Source: Clostridiaceae bacterium (lineage in GTDB: Bacteria; Bacillota; Clostridia; Oscillospirales; QAMX01). From it: 64,000 nt of DNA. Location of the stretch: contig JAYFRF010000005.1 of NCBI GenBank assembly GCA_034926225.1, positions 188,884-252,883 of the forward strand, given 5' to 3'. Within the stretch, counting starts at the first letter, position 1. Each line of letters begins with the position of its first letter. The notes beneath the pieces were generated by a model. That model saw only the letters and a list, made by a program, of their open reading frames with translations, did no database searches and was not told the DNA's origin. The translations under genes and the position numbers were made by a program. This document shows, one piece after another, positions 35,521 to 44,958 of this stretch.

Positions 35521-37950
35521 TTAATTCATCTCGATCAGTTGGATCTCGCTCATCCAGCCCCAGTACGTGGTGATGTCCGGGGTAACGGTGTCCATATTGA
35601 CACGCTCCGGGCTAAACGCCACGATGTTCTGACGCTGATAGTTCGGGATCTCGACCGCCCAGTCGATGATGATGTCGAGGCAGGCCTTATAAACGGTCTT
35701 GCGGTAGCTCTGATCGTCGCTTTCACGGGCTTCCACGATCAGCTTATCGAGTTCCGCGTCGTTAATGTGATAATGGTTGGAATCGGAGCCGCCCTGACCG
35801 ACGATGCCGGAGCTGTGGTAAACCTGATACATATCCGGATCGATCGTAGCGCCCCACGCCGCGCACCAGATGTTCTGCGTACCGGCGTCCAGCTTATCCC
35901 AAAGCTCGTTGGAATCGGCCGGGTCGTTGATGACAAGCTCAATGCCGATGGTCTCCAGCGCCGCTTTTGCGTTGGACAGGATCATAAAGGACGGATGGTC
36001 GCCCGCACCGTCGGCGGGGATGATAGCCTCATAGGAAAGCAGAGCGCCGTCAGGAGCCGCCGTAAACTTGCCGGTCGCCTCGTCAAACGTATAGCCGGCA
36101 GCCTTCAGGAAGCCGATCGCGGCATCCAGAGCGGCGGCATACTTCGCATCCGCGTCCATATCGTCCGTATAGATCGGGTTGCCGTCGATATCGACGGAGA
36201 AGGCCATCTGATAGTCCGCATCGGACTTCTGAGGTGCCGCCCAGGAGGTATTGGAAATCGGGTACTGAATGACCGTCGCGGCATCGCCGTAGTAGCTGTC
36301 GATAGAAACGTCACGGTAAGCCGCAAGGACTGTCGCAAACGCGCGGCGCAGGTTCTTGGACGCATCGGAAGCAGGCTCGCCGCCCACGTTCATGGTATCG
36401 GCGTTCATGCCGATGTAGCCGTAACCAAGGTTATCTACGCTGGAGATGGTGATGACGTCGCCTTCCAGCTCGCCGTTGGTGTTGTAGCCACGGATGGCCT
36501 CAAAGTTCGTCTTGGTGCCGTTGGTCTCACCGGCATCCGCGGTGCCCTGCACGATACCAGGCAGCACGTCAGCGGACGCGGTCTCAAGGAACTGGACATA
36601 CTTGGTCTTCGGGGCGCCCTTATAATAATCTTCGTTTGCTTCGAAGTAGACAACCTTATCGGTGTACTCGACAAACTTGTACGGACCGGCGCCGACCGGC
36701 GAGGTGGTCTTCGCAAGCACAGCGCTTAAATCGCCGCGAGTAAAGCCAAACTGGTTGTTGTCGTAATCATAGAGGGACGCGTCGCCGTAGTAGTGCATAG
36801 GAGCGACCTGGATACCGAGGATGGAGTAGACAGCCGGAGCGGAATAGCCCTTGGTTTGTACCTGAACGGTATACTCGTCGATCTTTTTAATGCCTTCGAT
36901 GTTCGGAACTTCTTCGCCCTCGAGCTTGCCGATGGCATTATCGAAGAGATACTGCTCGGCCATCGCCTGCATATCTGCTTCGTAATAGTCTTCCGCGCCA
37001 CCGTAGCCAACGCCCAGAAGCTTCCAGTCCATGCCGTACTCTTCAAGAACCTTCGCGAGGACATCCTCTTCCTTTTCGACCTTGGTGGAGTCGTAATCGG
37101 CATCGGTGCCGTAAAACGCGTAGAACAGATCCTTGGCAACCGGATACGCGTCGGTGTACTTCTTATAGGACTCGTTGCCGTATAAGGTCTTGACCCAGTC
37201 AAGCTCGGAGACCAGAACGCCGGAGACGAAATCGGTCAGCTGCTTGCCGAAAGCTTCGTCCGGCTTTTCAAGCAGCGCGCTGATCTCCTCGGCGCTGATC
37301 TCAACGCCTTCCGCGAGGGAATTATTGTACTGATAATTGATAAGACCGATGATCGGGTAGGAATTCAAGGTGGTGGAACCGACATAGGACGGATCGAGGT
37401 ACACATAGTAGTTGAAGATCACGTCGTCCGCGGTAACAGGCTCGCCGTCGGAGAAGACAAGGTCCTTGCGCAGCGTCGCGGTATAGGTGGTAATATCGGA
37501 CTTCTCGTCGTATTCGACCTTGAGGTCGGCGGCGCCGGTGTACGTATACATTGTGCCGTTATACTCGCGCTCCTCGCCGGCAATCGCGTTATAAACGATG
37601 CCGCCGCTGCGGTCGGTCGTCATCAGGCTGATCTGCGTCATCGTGACGACGTCCTGATCATAACCGGTATCGGCAACATAGGGAGAGAACTTCTGGGAGA
37701 AGGGGCTATACGCAACAACCAGGGGAACGTCGACTTTGGGAGCGGCGGTCGTCGTCGTCGTGGCGGCCGTCGTCGCAGCGGTCGTCGTCGTGGTAGCGGC
37801 TGTCGTCGCGGCAGCCGTCGTCGCAGCGGTGGCAGCCGTCGTCGCGGTAGTGGTCGAGCCGGACGTATTGCCCGTACATGCCACTAACCCGACGCACATC
37901 AGCGCCGCCAAGGCCAGCGCCAAAACACGCGCGAGAGTCTTGTTCTTCAT
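35521..37950 (-). CDS. Family-5 (OppA/DppA-type) ABC substrate-binding lipoprotein, unusually large
   Basis: Lipobox LVAC, a Thr/Ala linker, then an SBP_bac_5-like body (~740 aa). The start is trimmed to 37950 (GGAGGA SD). Confidence 0.88.
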   Translation of the reverse strand: MKNKTLARVLALALAALMCVGLVACTGNTSGSTTTATTAATAATTAAATTAATTTTTAATTAATTTTTAAPKVDVPLVVAYSPFSQKFSPYVADTGYDQDVVTMTQISLMTTDRSGGIVYNAIAGEEREYNGTMYTYTGAADLKVEYDEKSDITTYTATLRKDLVFSDGEPVTADDVIFNYYVYLDPSYVGSTTLNSYPIIGLINYQYNNSLAEGVEISAEEISALLEKPDEAFGKQLTDFVSGVLVSELDWVKTLYGNESYKKYTDAYPVAKDLFYAFYGTDADYDSTKVEKEEDVLAKVLEEYGMDWKLLGVGYGGAEDYYEADMQAMAEQYLFDNAIGKLEGEEVPNIEGIKKIDEYTVQVQTKGYSAPAVYSILGIQVAPMHYYGDASLYDYDNNQFGFTRGDLSAVLAKTTSPVGAGPYKFVEYTDKVVYFEANEDYYKGAPKTKYVQFLETASADVLPGIVQGTADAGETNGTKTNFEAIRGYNTNGELEGDVITISSVDNLGYGYIGMNADTMNVGGEPASDASKNLRRAFATVLAAYRDVSIDSYYGDAATVIQYPISNTSWAAPQKSDADYQMAFSVDIDGNPIYTDDMDADAKYAAALDAAIGFLKAAGYTFDEATGKFTAAPDGALLSYEAIIPADGAGDHPSFMILSNAKAALETIGIELVINDPADSNELWDKLDAGTQNIWCAAWGATIDPDMYQVYHSSGIVGQGGSDSNHYHINDAELDKLIVEARESDDQSYRKTVYKACLDIIIDWAVEIPNYQRQNIVAFSPERVNMDTVTPDITTYWGWMSEIQLIEMN
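37741..37854 (-). repeat. Low-complexity ACN/GCN codon tract encoding a Thr/Ala linker
   Basis: It encodes TTTATTAATAATTAAATTAATTTTTAATTAATTTTTAA. On the plus strand it appears as repeated gtcgtcg/gcggc units. Confidence 0.6.
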
Positions 37951-38012
37951 TTTCAAATCCTCCATTTTTTCTCTGGTTTCAAAGCGAAATCCAAAGGGAT
38001 TTTATTGTATCG

Positions 38013-38041
38013 ATTATATCATTTTCTGGATCCTTTGTCAA
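38013..38041 (-). promoter_or_regulatory. Sigma-A promoter of the opp-like operon
   Basis: On the minus strand: TTGACA, a 17-nt spacer, then TGATATAAT (consensus -35, extended consensus -10). Confidence 0.65.
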
Positions 38042-38205
38042 TATGATTAAATCGGATCTCAATATGTTTGTTTATGCGTTATTATGTATTATTACTGATT
38101 TTATTCTACTCTTTTTCTGTTTTTATGCCGTGTGTATTCGGCGTGCGGGACGTTTTTCATATTTGGTAAACCGTCAAAAAAGTACCGGTTTTTCACAAGG
38201 CATGC

Positions 38206-38243
38206 AAGAAGAAAAGCGCGGAGTGTGAAAAGCACTCCGCGCT
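38206..38243 (-). terminator. Rho-independent terminator after msmK
   Basis: On the minus strand: AGCGCGGAGTG-loop-CACTCCGCGCT followed by TTTTCTTCTT. Confidence 0.7.
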
Positions 38244-38258
38244 GAACATGTGTGACAA

Positions 38259-39371
38259 TCAGTTGGTGATGGTCTTTTCGGTGTCCTTGTCGAACAGATG
38301 GATCTTGGTGTTGTCGATCGCAATCTTGACCTTATCGCCGTTACGGGCGGTGGAAGTCGGGGCAACACGGGCGATGAAGTTCTGGCCCTCAAGGAGGAGG
38401 TACAGATAGGTCTCGGAGCCCATCATTTCGACGAGGTCGACATGCGCGGTAACGGTGGAGTTTGTGAACTCCTGGAGGTAACGGGTCTCGTCATGGAGAC
38501 TCTCCGGACGGATACCGACGATCACTTCCTTGTTCGCATACGCGAGGACTTCGGGCTTACGGCCCTTATCATCGGGCAGGAGGATGGTATAATCGCCGAA
38601 CTTGACGTATGTCTTGCCGTCCTTGTCAACGACGGTACCGGTGATGGTGTTCATCTGCGGGGTGCCGATGAAGGTCGCGACGAAGAGATTGGCGGGGTTT
38701 TCGTACAGAACCTGGGGCGCGCTGACCTGCTGAATGAAGCCGTCCTTCATAACGACGATGCGGGTACCCATGGTCATAGCCTCGATCTGGTCGTGGGTAA
38801 CATAGATGAAGGTGGTGGCCAGACGCTGATGGAGCTTAGACAGCTCGGTTCTCATCTGGGCACGGAGCTTTGCGTCGAGGTTTGACAGCGGCTCGTCAAG
38901 AAGGAAGACCTTCGGGTCACGGACGATGGCGCGGCCGAGGGCGACACGCTGTCTCTGACCGCCGGAAAGAGCCTTCGGCTTACGGTCGAGGAGGTGCGCA
39001 ATATCGAGGATCTGGGCGGCTTCGTCGACGCGCTTTTTGATTTCGGGCTTCGGCGTCTTACGCAGCTTAAGACCGAACGCCATGTTCTCGAAGACGGTCA
39101 TGTGGGGGTACAGAGCGTAGTTCTGGAAGACCATCGCGATATCGCGATCCTTCGGAGCCACGTCGTTGACGAGCTTGTTGTCGATGTAGAGTTCGCCTTC
39201 AGAGATTTCTTCCAGACCGGCGATCATACGGAGCGTGGTGGTCTTGCCGCAACCGGACGGGCCGACAAGAATGATAAATTCCTTGTCTTCGATGTCCAGA
39301 TTAAAATCGGAAACCGCCGTAACGCCGCCCGCGTATCTCTTGTAAATGCCTTTCAGTGTTACGCTTGACAT
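38259..39371 (-). CDS. msmK: Sugar ABC transporter ATP-binding protein (MsmK/UgpC/MalK type)
   Basis: GPSGCGKTT, LSGGQRQR, FLLDEPLSNLD, and a MalK-type C-terminal regulatory domain. The start is trimmed to 39371 (GGAGG SD). Confidence 0.92.
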   Translation of the reverse strand: MSSVTLKGIYKRYAGGVTAVSDFNLDIEDKEFIILVGPSGCGKTTTLRMIAGLEEISEGELYIDNKLVNDVAPKDRDIAMVFQNYALYPHMTVFENMAFGLKLRKTPKPEIKKRVDEAAQILDIAHLLDRKPKALSGGQRQRVALGRAIVRDPKVFLLDEPLSNLDAKLRAQMRTELSKLHQRLATTFIYVTHDQIEAMTMGTRIVVMKDGFIQQVSAPQVLYENPANLFVATFIGTPQMNTITGTVVDKDGKTYVKFGDYTILLPDDKGRKPEVLAYANKEVIVGIRPESLHDETRYLQEFTNSTVTAHVDLVEMMGSETYLYLLLEGQNFIARVAPTSTARNGDKVKIAIDNTKIHLFDKDTEKTITN

Positions 39372-39548
39372 AGTTGAACCTCCGTTTAGTTCGAAGTTAG
39401 TGTTTATATTATAACAGATGAATTCTAAAATGGATAGTGGTTTATTCAACAAACGTTACGGATTTCTTTTATTCATTCTGCCCATCATGACAATGGAAAA
39501 ATTGACGTAAAATCCATCCATGCCATTATATTCCGTCTTTTTTCCTTC

Positions 39549-40271
39549 TTATCCGCGCGTTTTCCGGGTCATTCTCTCAATTTGCGCAATTTCATCTTTA
39601 TAAAGCTCGCGCCATTGTCCCTCCGCGAGGTCTTCATCCAGCACAAGCGGCCCGAAGCTCTCCCGGCGCAGGAAGCTCACCTCTCCGCCCGCCGCCGCGA
39701 TCATACGCTTGACCTGATGATACCGTCCTTCGGTCACGGTCACACGAGCCTCCCCCGCTCCTAGCGGCTCCAGTGTCGCAGGCAGGCAAAGCTCGTCCCC
39801 GTCAATACGGATCCCCCGGGCGAAGCGGGCGACGGCATCGGACGCAAGGGCGCCCGTATAGCGGACGTAATAGGTCTTTTCGACATGGCGCGCGGGCGAC
39901 AGCAGCAGATGCGCCGCGTCGCCGTCGTCCGTAATGAGCAGCAGCCCCACCGCGTCCCGATCGAGCCTGCCCGCCGGGAAGATGCCGCGTCGTACGAGCT
40001 TTTCCGGAAGCGCAGTCAGGACGGTCGGCGCCTTCGGGTCACGCGTCGCGCAGAGTAGCCCTGGCGCCTTATTCATCATGATATAAACATATCTGCGATA
40101 CTCAAAAGGTTTGCCGTCGAGCGTAATCCGCGCCTTTTCCGGATCGATTTTCGTCTCCGGGCTACGGATAACGTCACCGTCGACCGATACGGCGCCGCGC
40201 CGGATGCGTTCCTGCAGCTCCCGGCGCGACCCCTCTCCCTGTGACACCAATATCTTATCGAGTCTTTCCAC
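39549..40271 (-). CDS. rsuA: Pseudouridine synthase, RsuA/RluB family
   Basis: N-terminal S4 domain (RLDKILVSQG..SRRELQERIRRGAVSVDG) and the catalytic GRLDRDAVGLLLITDDG. Confidence 0.85.
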   Translation of the reverse strand: MERLDKILVSQGEGSRRELQERIRRGAVSVDGDVIRSPETKIDPEKARITLDGKPFEYRRYVYIMMNKAPGLLCATRDPKAPTVLTALPEKLVRRGIFPAGRLDRDAVGLLLITDDGDAAHLLLSPARHVEKTYYVRYTGALASDAVARFARGIRIDGDELCLPATLEPLGAGEARVTVTEGRYHQVKRMIAAAGGEVSFLRRESFGPLVLDEDLAEGQWRELYKDEIAQIERMTRKTRG

Positions 40272-40298
40272 GTTCCTTCATCCACGACGGGATTAAGG

Positions 40299-40790
40299 TC
40301 AGCCCGTCGTCCTTTCAAATCCGTGCATGAAGCCACGGTACTCCGTGGAGCAGACATCGCCGCCGATCACGCGATTCTTATAAATCAGCAGGTTTGCGAC
40401 GACGTTTTCCTCTACGCCGGGGTAATTCGTGATCTCATATGTATAGCGTTTTGCCGTTTTGCCCTGGTATTTCTCAAGATCGAGCCCCTGATACTGCTGC
40501 AGCTCGTTGTACTGCGCGTACACGTCGTCGAACTCCTGCGGGATCACGACCTCCTCGATCGCGATCGGGTCCGCGCTGACCTCCCAGCCGAACGCGTTCA
40601 GAAACGCGATGCGGTCGTCGTTGTCGCGGATGTTTTTGTAGCTGACATCGGTGGCCGTCGAGACAGTCGAATCGGCCGCGTTGTTTTTGAGCGACGTGAC
40701 CGCAACGATGATCAGAAGCAGTACGAGGAATACGCCTCCGATAAACAGTGCGAGCTTCGTCTTCGTCAGTTTTGCCGTGTAAATCAACAT
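40299..40790 (-). CDS. DUF4830 domain protein
   Basis: N-terminal TM, then RIAFLNAFGWEVSADPIAIEEVVIPQEFDDVYAQYNELQ..QGLDLEKYQGK. Confidence 0.7.
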   Translation of the reverse strand: MLIYTAKLTKTKLALFIGGVFLVLLLIIVAVTSLKNNAADSTVSTATDVSYKNIRDNDDRIAFLNAFGWEVSADPIAIEEVVIPQEFDDVYAQYNELQQYQGLDLEKYQGKTAKRYTYEITNYPGVEENVVANLLIYKNRVIGGDVCSTEYRGFMHGFERTTG

Positions 40791-40869
40791 ACGATTGGTA
40801 CCTCCCGTTTTGCACGTTTTGGTACAATGTATGCGCGTCCAAAGACGTTATGACTTGTTCTTTTCTTTT

Positions 40870-41436
40870 TTAGCCGCTGATCAGATGCTCAACCAAAATT
40901 TTCAGTCCGATCCCAATGAGAATCACGCCTCCGGCGATGACCGCCTTTTTGCGATACCTCGAACCGAACACATTCCCGATACGCACACCGGCGAAGGAAA
41001 AAATGAACGTTGTCACACCGATGACCGCCGCCGCCAGCGCGATATTCGTCCGCAGGCAGGCGAGCGATACGCCCACCGCCAGCGCGTCAATGCTCGTCGC
41101 AACCGCCAGCACCAGCATACCCTTCACCGCGAACGACGAGTCCACCTTTTCCTCCTCGCAAAACGCCTCGCGCAGCATATTCACGCCGATCAGTATCAGC
41201 AGGATGAACGCCACCCAGTGGTCGAAGCGTTCGATATACGTATAAAAGCGCGAACCGACGAAGTAGCCGACCGTCGGCATCAGCGCCTGGAATCCGCCAA
41301 AATATAAACCGCAGGCAAGGGCGCCGTCCCAGCGCATCCTTCTCGACGCAAGACCCTTGCAGATGCTGACCGCAAACGCGTCCATCGACAGTCCCACCGC
41401 AAGGACCATAAGCTCCCAAATAGCCATAAACCCCAT
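40870..41436 (-). CDS. mntP: Manganese efflux pump MntP
   Basis: LAVGLSMDAFAVSICKGL, with the duplicated half VATSIDALAVGVSLA. The ATG at 41427 is an alternative start. Confidence 0.88.
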   Translation of the reverse strand: MGFMAIWELMVLAVGLSMDAFAVSICKGLASRRMRWDGALACGLYFGGFQALMPTVGYFVGSRFYTYIERFDHWVAFILLILIGVNMLREAFCEEEKVDSSFAVKGMLVLAVATSIDALAVGVSLACLRTNIALAAAVIGVTTFIFSFAGVRIGNVFGSRYRKKAVIAGGVILIGIGLKILVEHLISG

Positions 41437-41446
41437 CCATACCGAA

Positions 41447-41478
41447 GGAACCCCTTAGAGACTAAGGGGTTCCTTTTT
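41447..41478. terminator. Hairpin between the acyl-CoA synthetase gene and mntP
   Basis: GGAACCCCTTAG-AGA-CTAAGGGGTTCC. The T run lies on the plus strand although both flanking genes are on the minus strand, so orientation and function are ambiguous. Confidence 0.45.
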
Positions 41479-41488
41479 CCCTTTATTG

Positions 41489-43144
41489 TTATCCGTTATT
41501 CTTGCGCAGATCCGTACGGCGGATCTTCCCGCTGATCGTTTTCGGCAGTTCCGCTGCGTATTCGACGATGCGGGGGTATTTATAAGACGCCGTATGCGTC
41601 TTGACGTAGTTCTGAAGCTCCTTTGTCAGCTCAGGGGTTCCCTCGTAGCCTTTATTCAGCACGACGGTCGCCTTGACGATCTGTCCGCGAACCGGGTCGG
41701 GCGCGCCGGTGACGCCGCATTCCAGCACCGCCGGATGCTCCATCAGCACGCTTTCGACCTCGAACGGCCCGATGCGGTAACCGGAGCTTTTGATCAAATC
41801 GTCCGCGCGGCCGACGTACCAAAAATAGTTATCCTCGTCACGCCACGCGATATCGCCGGTATGATAGAGACCGTCGCGGCAGACCTCGGCGGTCAGCTCC
41901 TCGTTGTGATAGTACCCGCCGAACAATCCGCAGGGCTTACCGTCCTCGATGTGCAGGACGATCTCGCCGACCTCTCCGGGCTTTGCGGATTTATTGCTGC
42001 CGTCCACGATGTCCGCCTTATACGCGGGGGATGGCTTGCCCATCGAGCCGGGCTTGGGTTCCATGCCGTATAGGGTCGCCACTGTCAGCGTCGTCTCGGT
42101 CTGGCCGAAGCCTTCGCGGACTTTCAGCCCCGTGCGGCGGCGGATCTCGTTGTAGACCTCGGGATTTAACGCCTCGCCTGCGATGGTCGCCTCATGCACG
42201 CTCGACAGATCATACTGGGAAAGATCCTCGGCGAGGAAGAAGCGGTAGATCGTCGGCGGCGCGCAGAAGGTCGCAATTTTATATTTTTGGATCCGTTCCA
42301 GTATCTCGGTGGCGTGGAAGCGTTCAAAATCGAACACAAAGACCCCCGCTTCGCAGAACCACTGTCCGTAGAGCTTGCCCCAGACGGCTTTGCCCCAGCC
42401 GGTTTCCGCAACGGTGAAATGCAGCTTCCCGCGCTCGACGCGATGCCAGTACGCGGCGGTCACGATGTGCGCGATGGGGTAGGTAAAGCTATGTCCGACC
42501 ATCTTCGGCAGTCCGGTCGTTCCGGAAGTGAAGTATAAAAGCATCATATCGTCGTTCGCCGTCGCCTGATCTCCGGTCGGACGCTTAAAACTGGGTGACG
42601 CGGCGTCGATGAGGGCGTCGAAATCGAGAAAACTTTCGTGCTTGCCGTGAACGAGAAGCTTATGCTTTAAAGCGGAGGATTCCGCCTCTGCCTCGAGGAT
42701 GCTGGGAATCGTCCAGCCATCCGCCGTGCAGACAACGGCGGACACGCCGGCGGCGTTGAAACGGTAGGTAAAGTCATGCGTTGTAAGAAGATGCGTCGCG
42801 GGAATCGCAACCGCGCCAATTTTGCACAGGCCCATGATCGCGTACCAAAACTGGTAATGCCGTTTTAAAACAAGCATCACGCGGTCGCCCTTGCGAATCC
42901 CAAGGTCATGGAATACGTTCGCTGCGCGGCTGGAAAGCTCGGACATCTCGCGGAAAGTAAACCGGCGTTCCGCCCCGCTCTCGTCGCACCACATCATCGC
43001 CAACGCGTCGGGGGTGCGCCGGGCGACTTCGTCGAGGACGTCAAAGGCAAAGTTGAAATTTTCCGGATAATGAAAATCGATCTTTGTCAATACGTCTTTA
43101 TCATCGAACTCTTCTTTTACGTATTCCTTATATATGGCTTCCAT
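41489..43144 (-). CDS. AMP-forming acyl-CoA synthetase (acetyl/medium-chain type)
   Basis: LYFTSGTTGLPKMV, TGWGKA, YHTGD, and the C-terminal SGKIRR. Confidence 0.85.
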   Translation of the reverse strand: MEAIYKEYVKEEFDDKDVLTKIDFHYPENFNFAFDVLDEVARRTPDALAMMWCDESGAERRFTFREMSELSSRAANVFHDLGIRKGDRVMLVLKRHYQFWYAIMGLCKIGAVAIPATHLLTTHDFTYRFNAAGVSAVVCTADGWTIPSILEAEAESSALKHKLLVHGKHESFLDFDALIDAASPSFKRPTGDQATANDDMMLLYFTSGTTGLPKMVGHSFTYPIAHIVTAAYWHRVERGKLHFTVAETGWGKAVWGKLYGQWFCEAGVFVFDFERFHATEILERIQKYKIATFCAPPTIYRFFLAEDLSQYDLSSVHEATIAGEALNPEVYNEIRRRTGLKVREGFGQTETTLTVATLYGMEPKPGSMGKPSPAYKADIVDGSNKSAKPGEVGEIVLHIEDGKPCGLFGGYYHNEELTAEVCRDGLYHTGDIAWRDEDNYFWYVGRADDLIKSSGYRIGPFEVESVLMEHPAVLECGVTGAPDPVRGQIVKATVVLNKGYEGTPELTKELQNYVKTHTASYKYPRIVEYAAELPKTISGKIRRTDLRKNNG

Positions 43145-43261
43145 TTTAGATAAATCCTCTTTCTTTGAGCACAGATTACGTGTTTTCGGTCATACCTTTC
43201 CTACTCAAGGCTGTTTTTTCAAAACACGCCGTACCGCCCTTTATAAAGGAGGGGCGTTTTC

Positions 43262-43834
43262 TCAATTCTCCTTACGGATAACGACCGCCAAAAATATGCA
43301 GTCCTCTCCGCCGGTTGCGATCATACCGTGGCCCCGGCGACTGTCGTAGTAGACAGCGTCACCGGGGCAGAGAATCTCGATGTGCTCGCCGTAGACGAAT
43401 TTCATCTTGCCCTTTAATATGAAGTCTAATTCCTGATGTTCGTGCGTCGTCTGATGCACGGCTCGGTACTGTTCCTCCTCGCGGTAAGGCGCCGTAACGA
43501 CATACGGCTCCGCGAGCTTGTCCCGAAAAAGATAGCCGAGGTTTTCATACAGAAATCCCTCGCGCCGTTTGATCGGCAGTCCTTCTCCCGCACGCGTGAC
43601 GGTGTACCCCGTCAGCTTCGGCGAATCACCGGTCAGAAGCTCGGTCAGCTCCACGCCGAACGCGGCCGCGCATTTATAAAGAAAGGTGAACGAGAAATCC
43701 ACCTGTCCTTCCTCACACGCCGCGTATTCTTCTTCGGAGACATCGCAGCGCTTGGCCATTTCCGCCGCGGAAATAGCGCTGATATCCCGCAGTCCGCGTA
43801 TTCTTTCCGCAATCTGGAGAACCTGATTATCCAC
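43262..43834 (-). CDS. XRE-family HTH + cupin transcriptional regulator
   Basis: HTH IRGLRDISAISAAEMAKRCDVSEEEYAACEEG and a C-terminal cupin (HEHQELDFILKG...GDAVYYDSRRGHGM). The track ORF begins at a TTG (43921). I prefer the GTG at 43834, 10 nt after GGAGG, but the start is uncertain. Confidence 0.7.
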   Translation of the reverse strand: MDNQVLQIAERIRGLRDISAISAAEMAKRCDVSEEEYAACEEGQVDFSFTFLYKCAAAFGVELTELLTGDSPKLTGYTVTRAGEGLPIKRREGFLYENLGYLFRDKLAEPYVVTAPYREEEQYRAVHQTTHEHQELDFILKGKMKFVYGEHIEILCPGDAVYYDSRRGHGMIATGGEDCIFLAVVIRKEN

Positions 43835-44086
43835 TGCTGCATAACCTCCGTCGTATTGGATTTTCACGGAATTACTATGTTCCGTAGCGTATATTCTATC
43901 AAATAATTTTCCCGTTGTCAAACGCTTTTACTTCGCATTCAGTCGAAATCCTATTTCTTTTCTCCACTTTTCCCGTGCAATAACGCCAAAACATTTCTTA
44001 CCGTGCAAAGGCATAATAATTATCTCCAGTTTGCCGCTTTTGTTTTTGTGCATTATGCAGAAAGTTCCCTCTTTCGATTTCCTCCA

Positions 44087-44115
44087 TTGCAAATAAAGGT
44101 TTCTTGTGGTAAACT
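44087..44115 (+). promoter_or_regulatory. Putative sigma-A promoter for rlmB
   Basis: TTGCAA, a 17-nt spacer, then TGGTAAACT (extended -10-like). Confidence 0.5.
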
Positions 44116-44160
44116 GTAGATTAGATAGCTATATATATTGTAAAATATAAGGAGTTTCAC

Positions 44161-44925
44161 ATGTCGTTACCTGATTCCGGTGAACGGTCCGTCCTTGAGG
44201 GCCGGCACGCCGTTTCCGAAGCTCTTGCCGCGCGCAGGCTGATCGATAAAATCTATCTCCTTAAAAACGCGCCCGATGATTCCACTCTTTCCTCCATCCG
44301 CACCCGCGCGCAGGCGGCCGGCATCCCCGTCGTCGAGGTCGACCGGTGCAAGCTTGATTCTATGAGCCAGACCGGCGCGCATCAGGGTGTGATCGCGGCT
44401 GTCCCTGCGGTGGACTACGCAAGCGTCGAGGATATCCTCCGCGCGGCCGACGCGGACAGTGCGCCCGCCCTGATCGTTCTGTGCGACGGACTATCCGATC
44501 CGCATAACCTCGGCGCCATCGTCCGTACGGCGGGTGCCGCCGGCGCGCATGGCGTCATCATCCCTAAGCATCGCAGTGTTTCTCTGACCGCGGCCTGTGC
44601 CAAAGCCGCCGCCGGCGCGCTGGAGCATGTGCCCGTCGCCCGCGTCACAAATCTTGCGGAAACGATCGTCACGCTGCAAAAGCATGGTATCTGGGTCTTC
44701 GGCACCGCCGGAGAAGCGGCAACTTCTTTATATGACGCCGACTTCGACCGCCCCGCGGCGATCGTCATCGGCAACGAGGGCAGCGGCCTTTCGCGTCTGG
44801 TACGCGAACGCTGCGACTACCTCTTAAGCATTCCGATGAAAGGCGCGGTGCCTTCCCTAAACGCGTCCGCCGCCGCCGCCGTTGTGTTATTTGAAGCCGT
44901 CCGCCGTCGCTTGGGACGCGTATAA
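44161..44925 (+). CDS. rlmB: 23S rRNA (guanosine-2'-O)-methyltransferase RlmB (SpoU/TrmH family)
   Basis: SpoU_sub_bind N-domain, DGLSDPHNLGAIVRTA, GNEGSGLS and IPM.G...SLN.S.AAA. Confidence 0.88.
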   Translation: MSLPDSGERSVLEGRHAVSEALAARRLIDKIYLLKNAPDDSTLSSIRTRAQAAGIPVVEVDRCKLDSMSQTGAHQGVIAAVPAVDYASVEDILRAADADSAPALIVLCDGLSDPHNLGAIVRTAGAAGAHGVIIPKHRSVSLTAACAKAAAGALEHVPVARVTNLAETIVTLQKHGIWVFGTAGEAATSLYDADFDRPAAIVIGNEGSGLSRLVRERCDYLLSIPMKGAVPSLNASAAAAVVLFEAVRRRLGRV

Positions 44926-44958
44926 CACAGCAAAAGTTTGAAAAAAGGTGGTATCCAT

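Noticed and set aside
35539-36729. 396-aa plus-strand ORF.
   Set aside because: It is antisense to the well-supported Opp-type binding-protein gene, and its translation is a low-complexity Arg/Gly/Val-rich sequence.
37736-37860. A CRISPR array or tandem DNA repeat suggested by the repeated gtcgtcgtcg/gcggc units.
   Set aside because: There are no spacers of unique sequence. The period is 3 nt, and the tract is in frame within a lipoprotein gene, where it encodes a Thr/Ala linker.
41437-41488. A yybP-ykoY (Mn2+) riboswitch expected upstream of mntP.
   Set aside because: Only ~50 nt separate mntP from the upstream gene, and a simple hairpin occupies them. That is too short for the four-helix riboswitch, and I saw no conserved core sequence.
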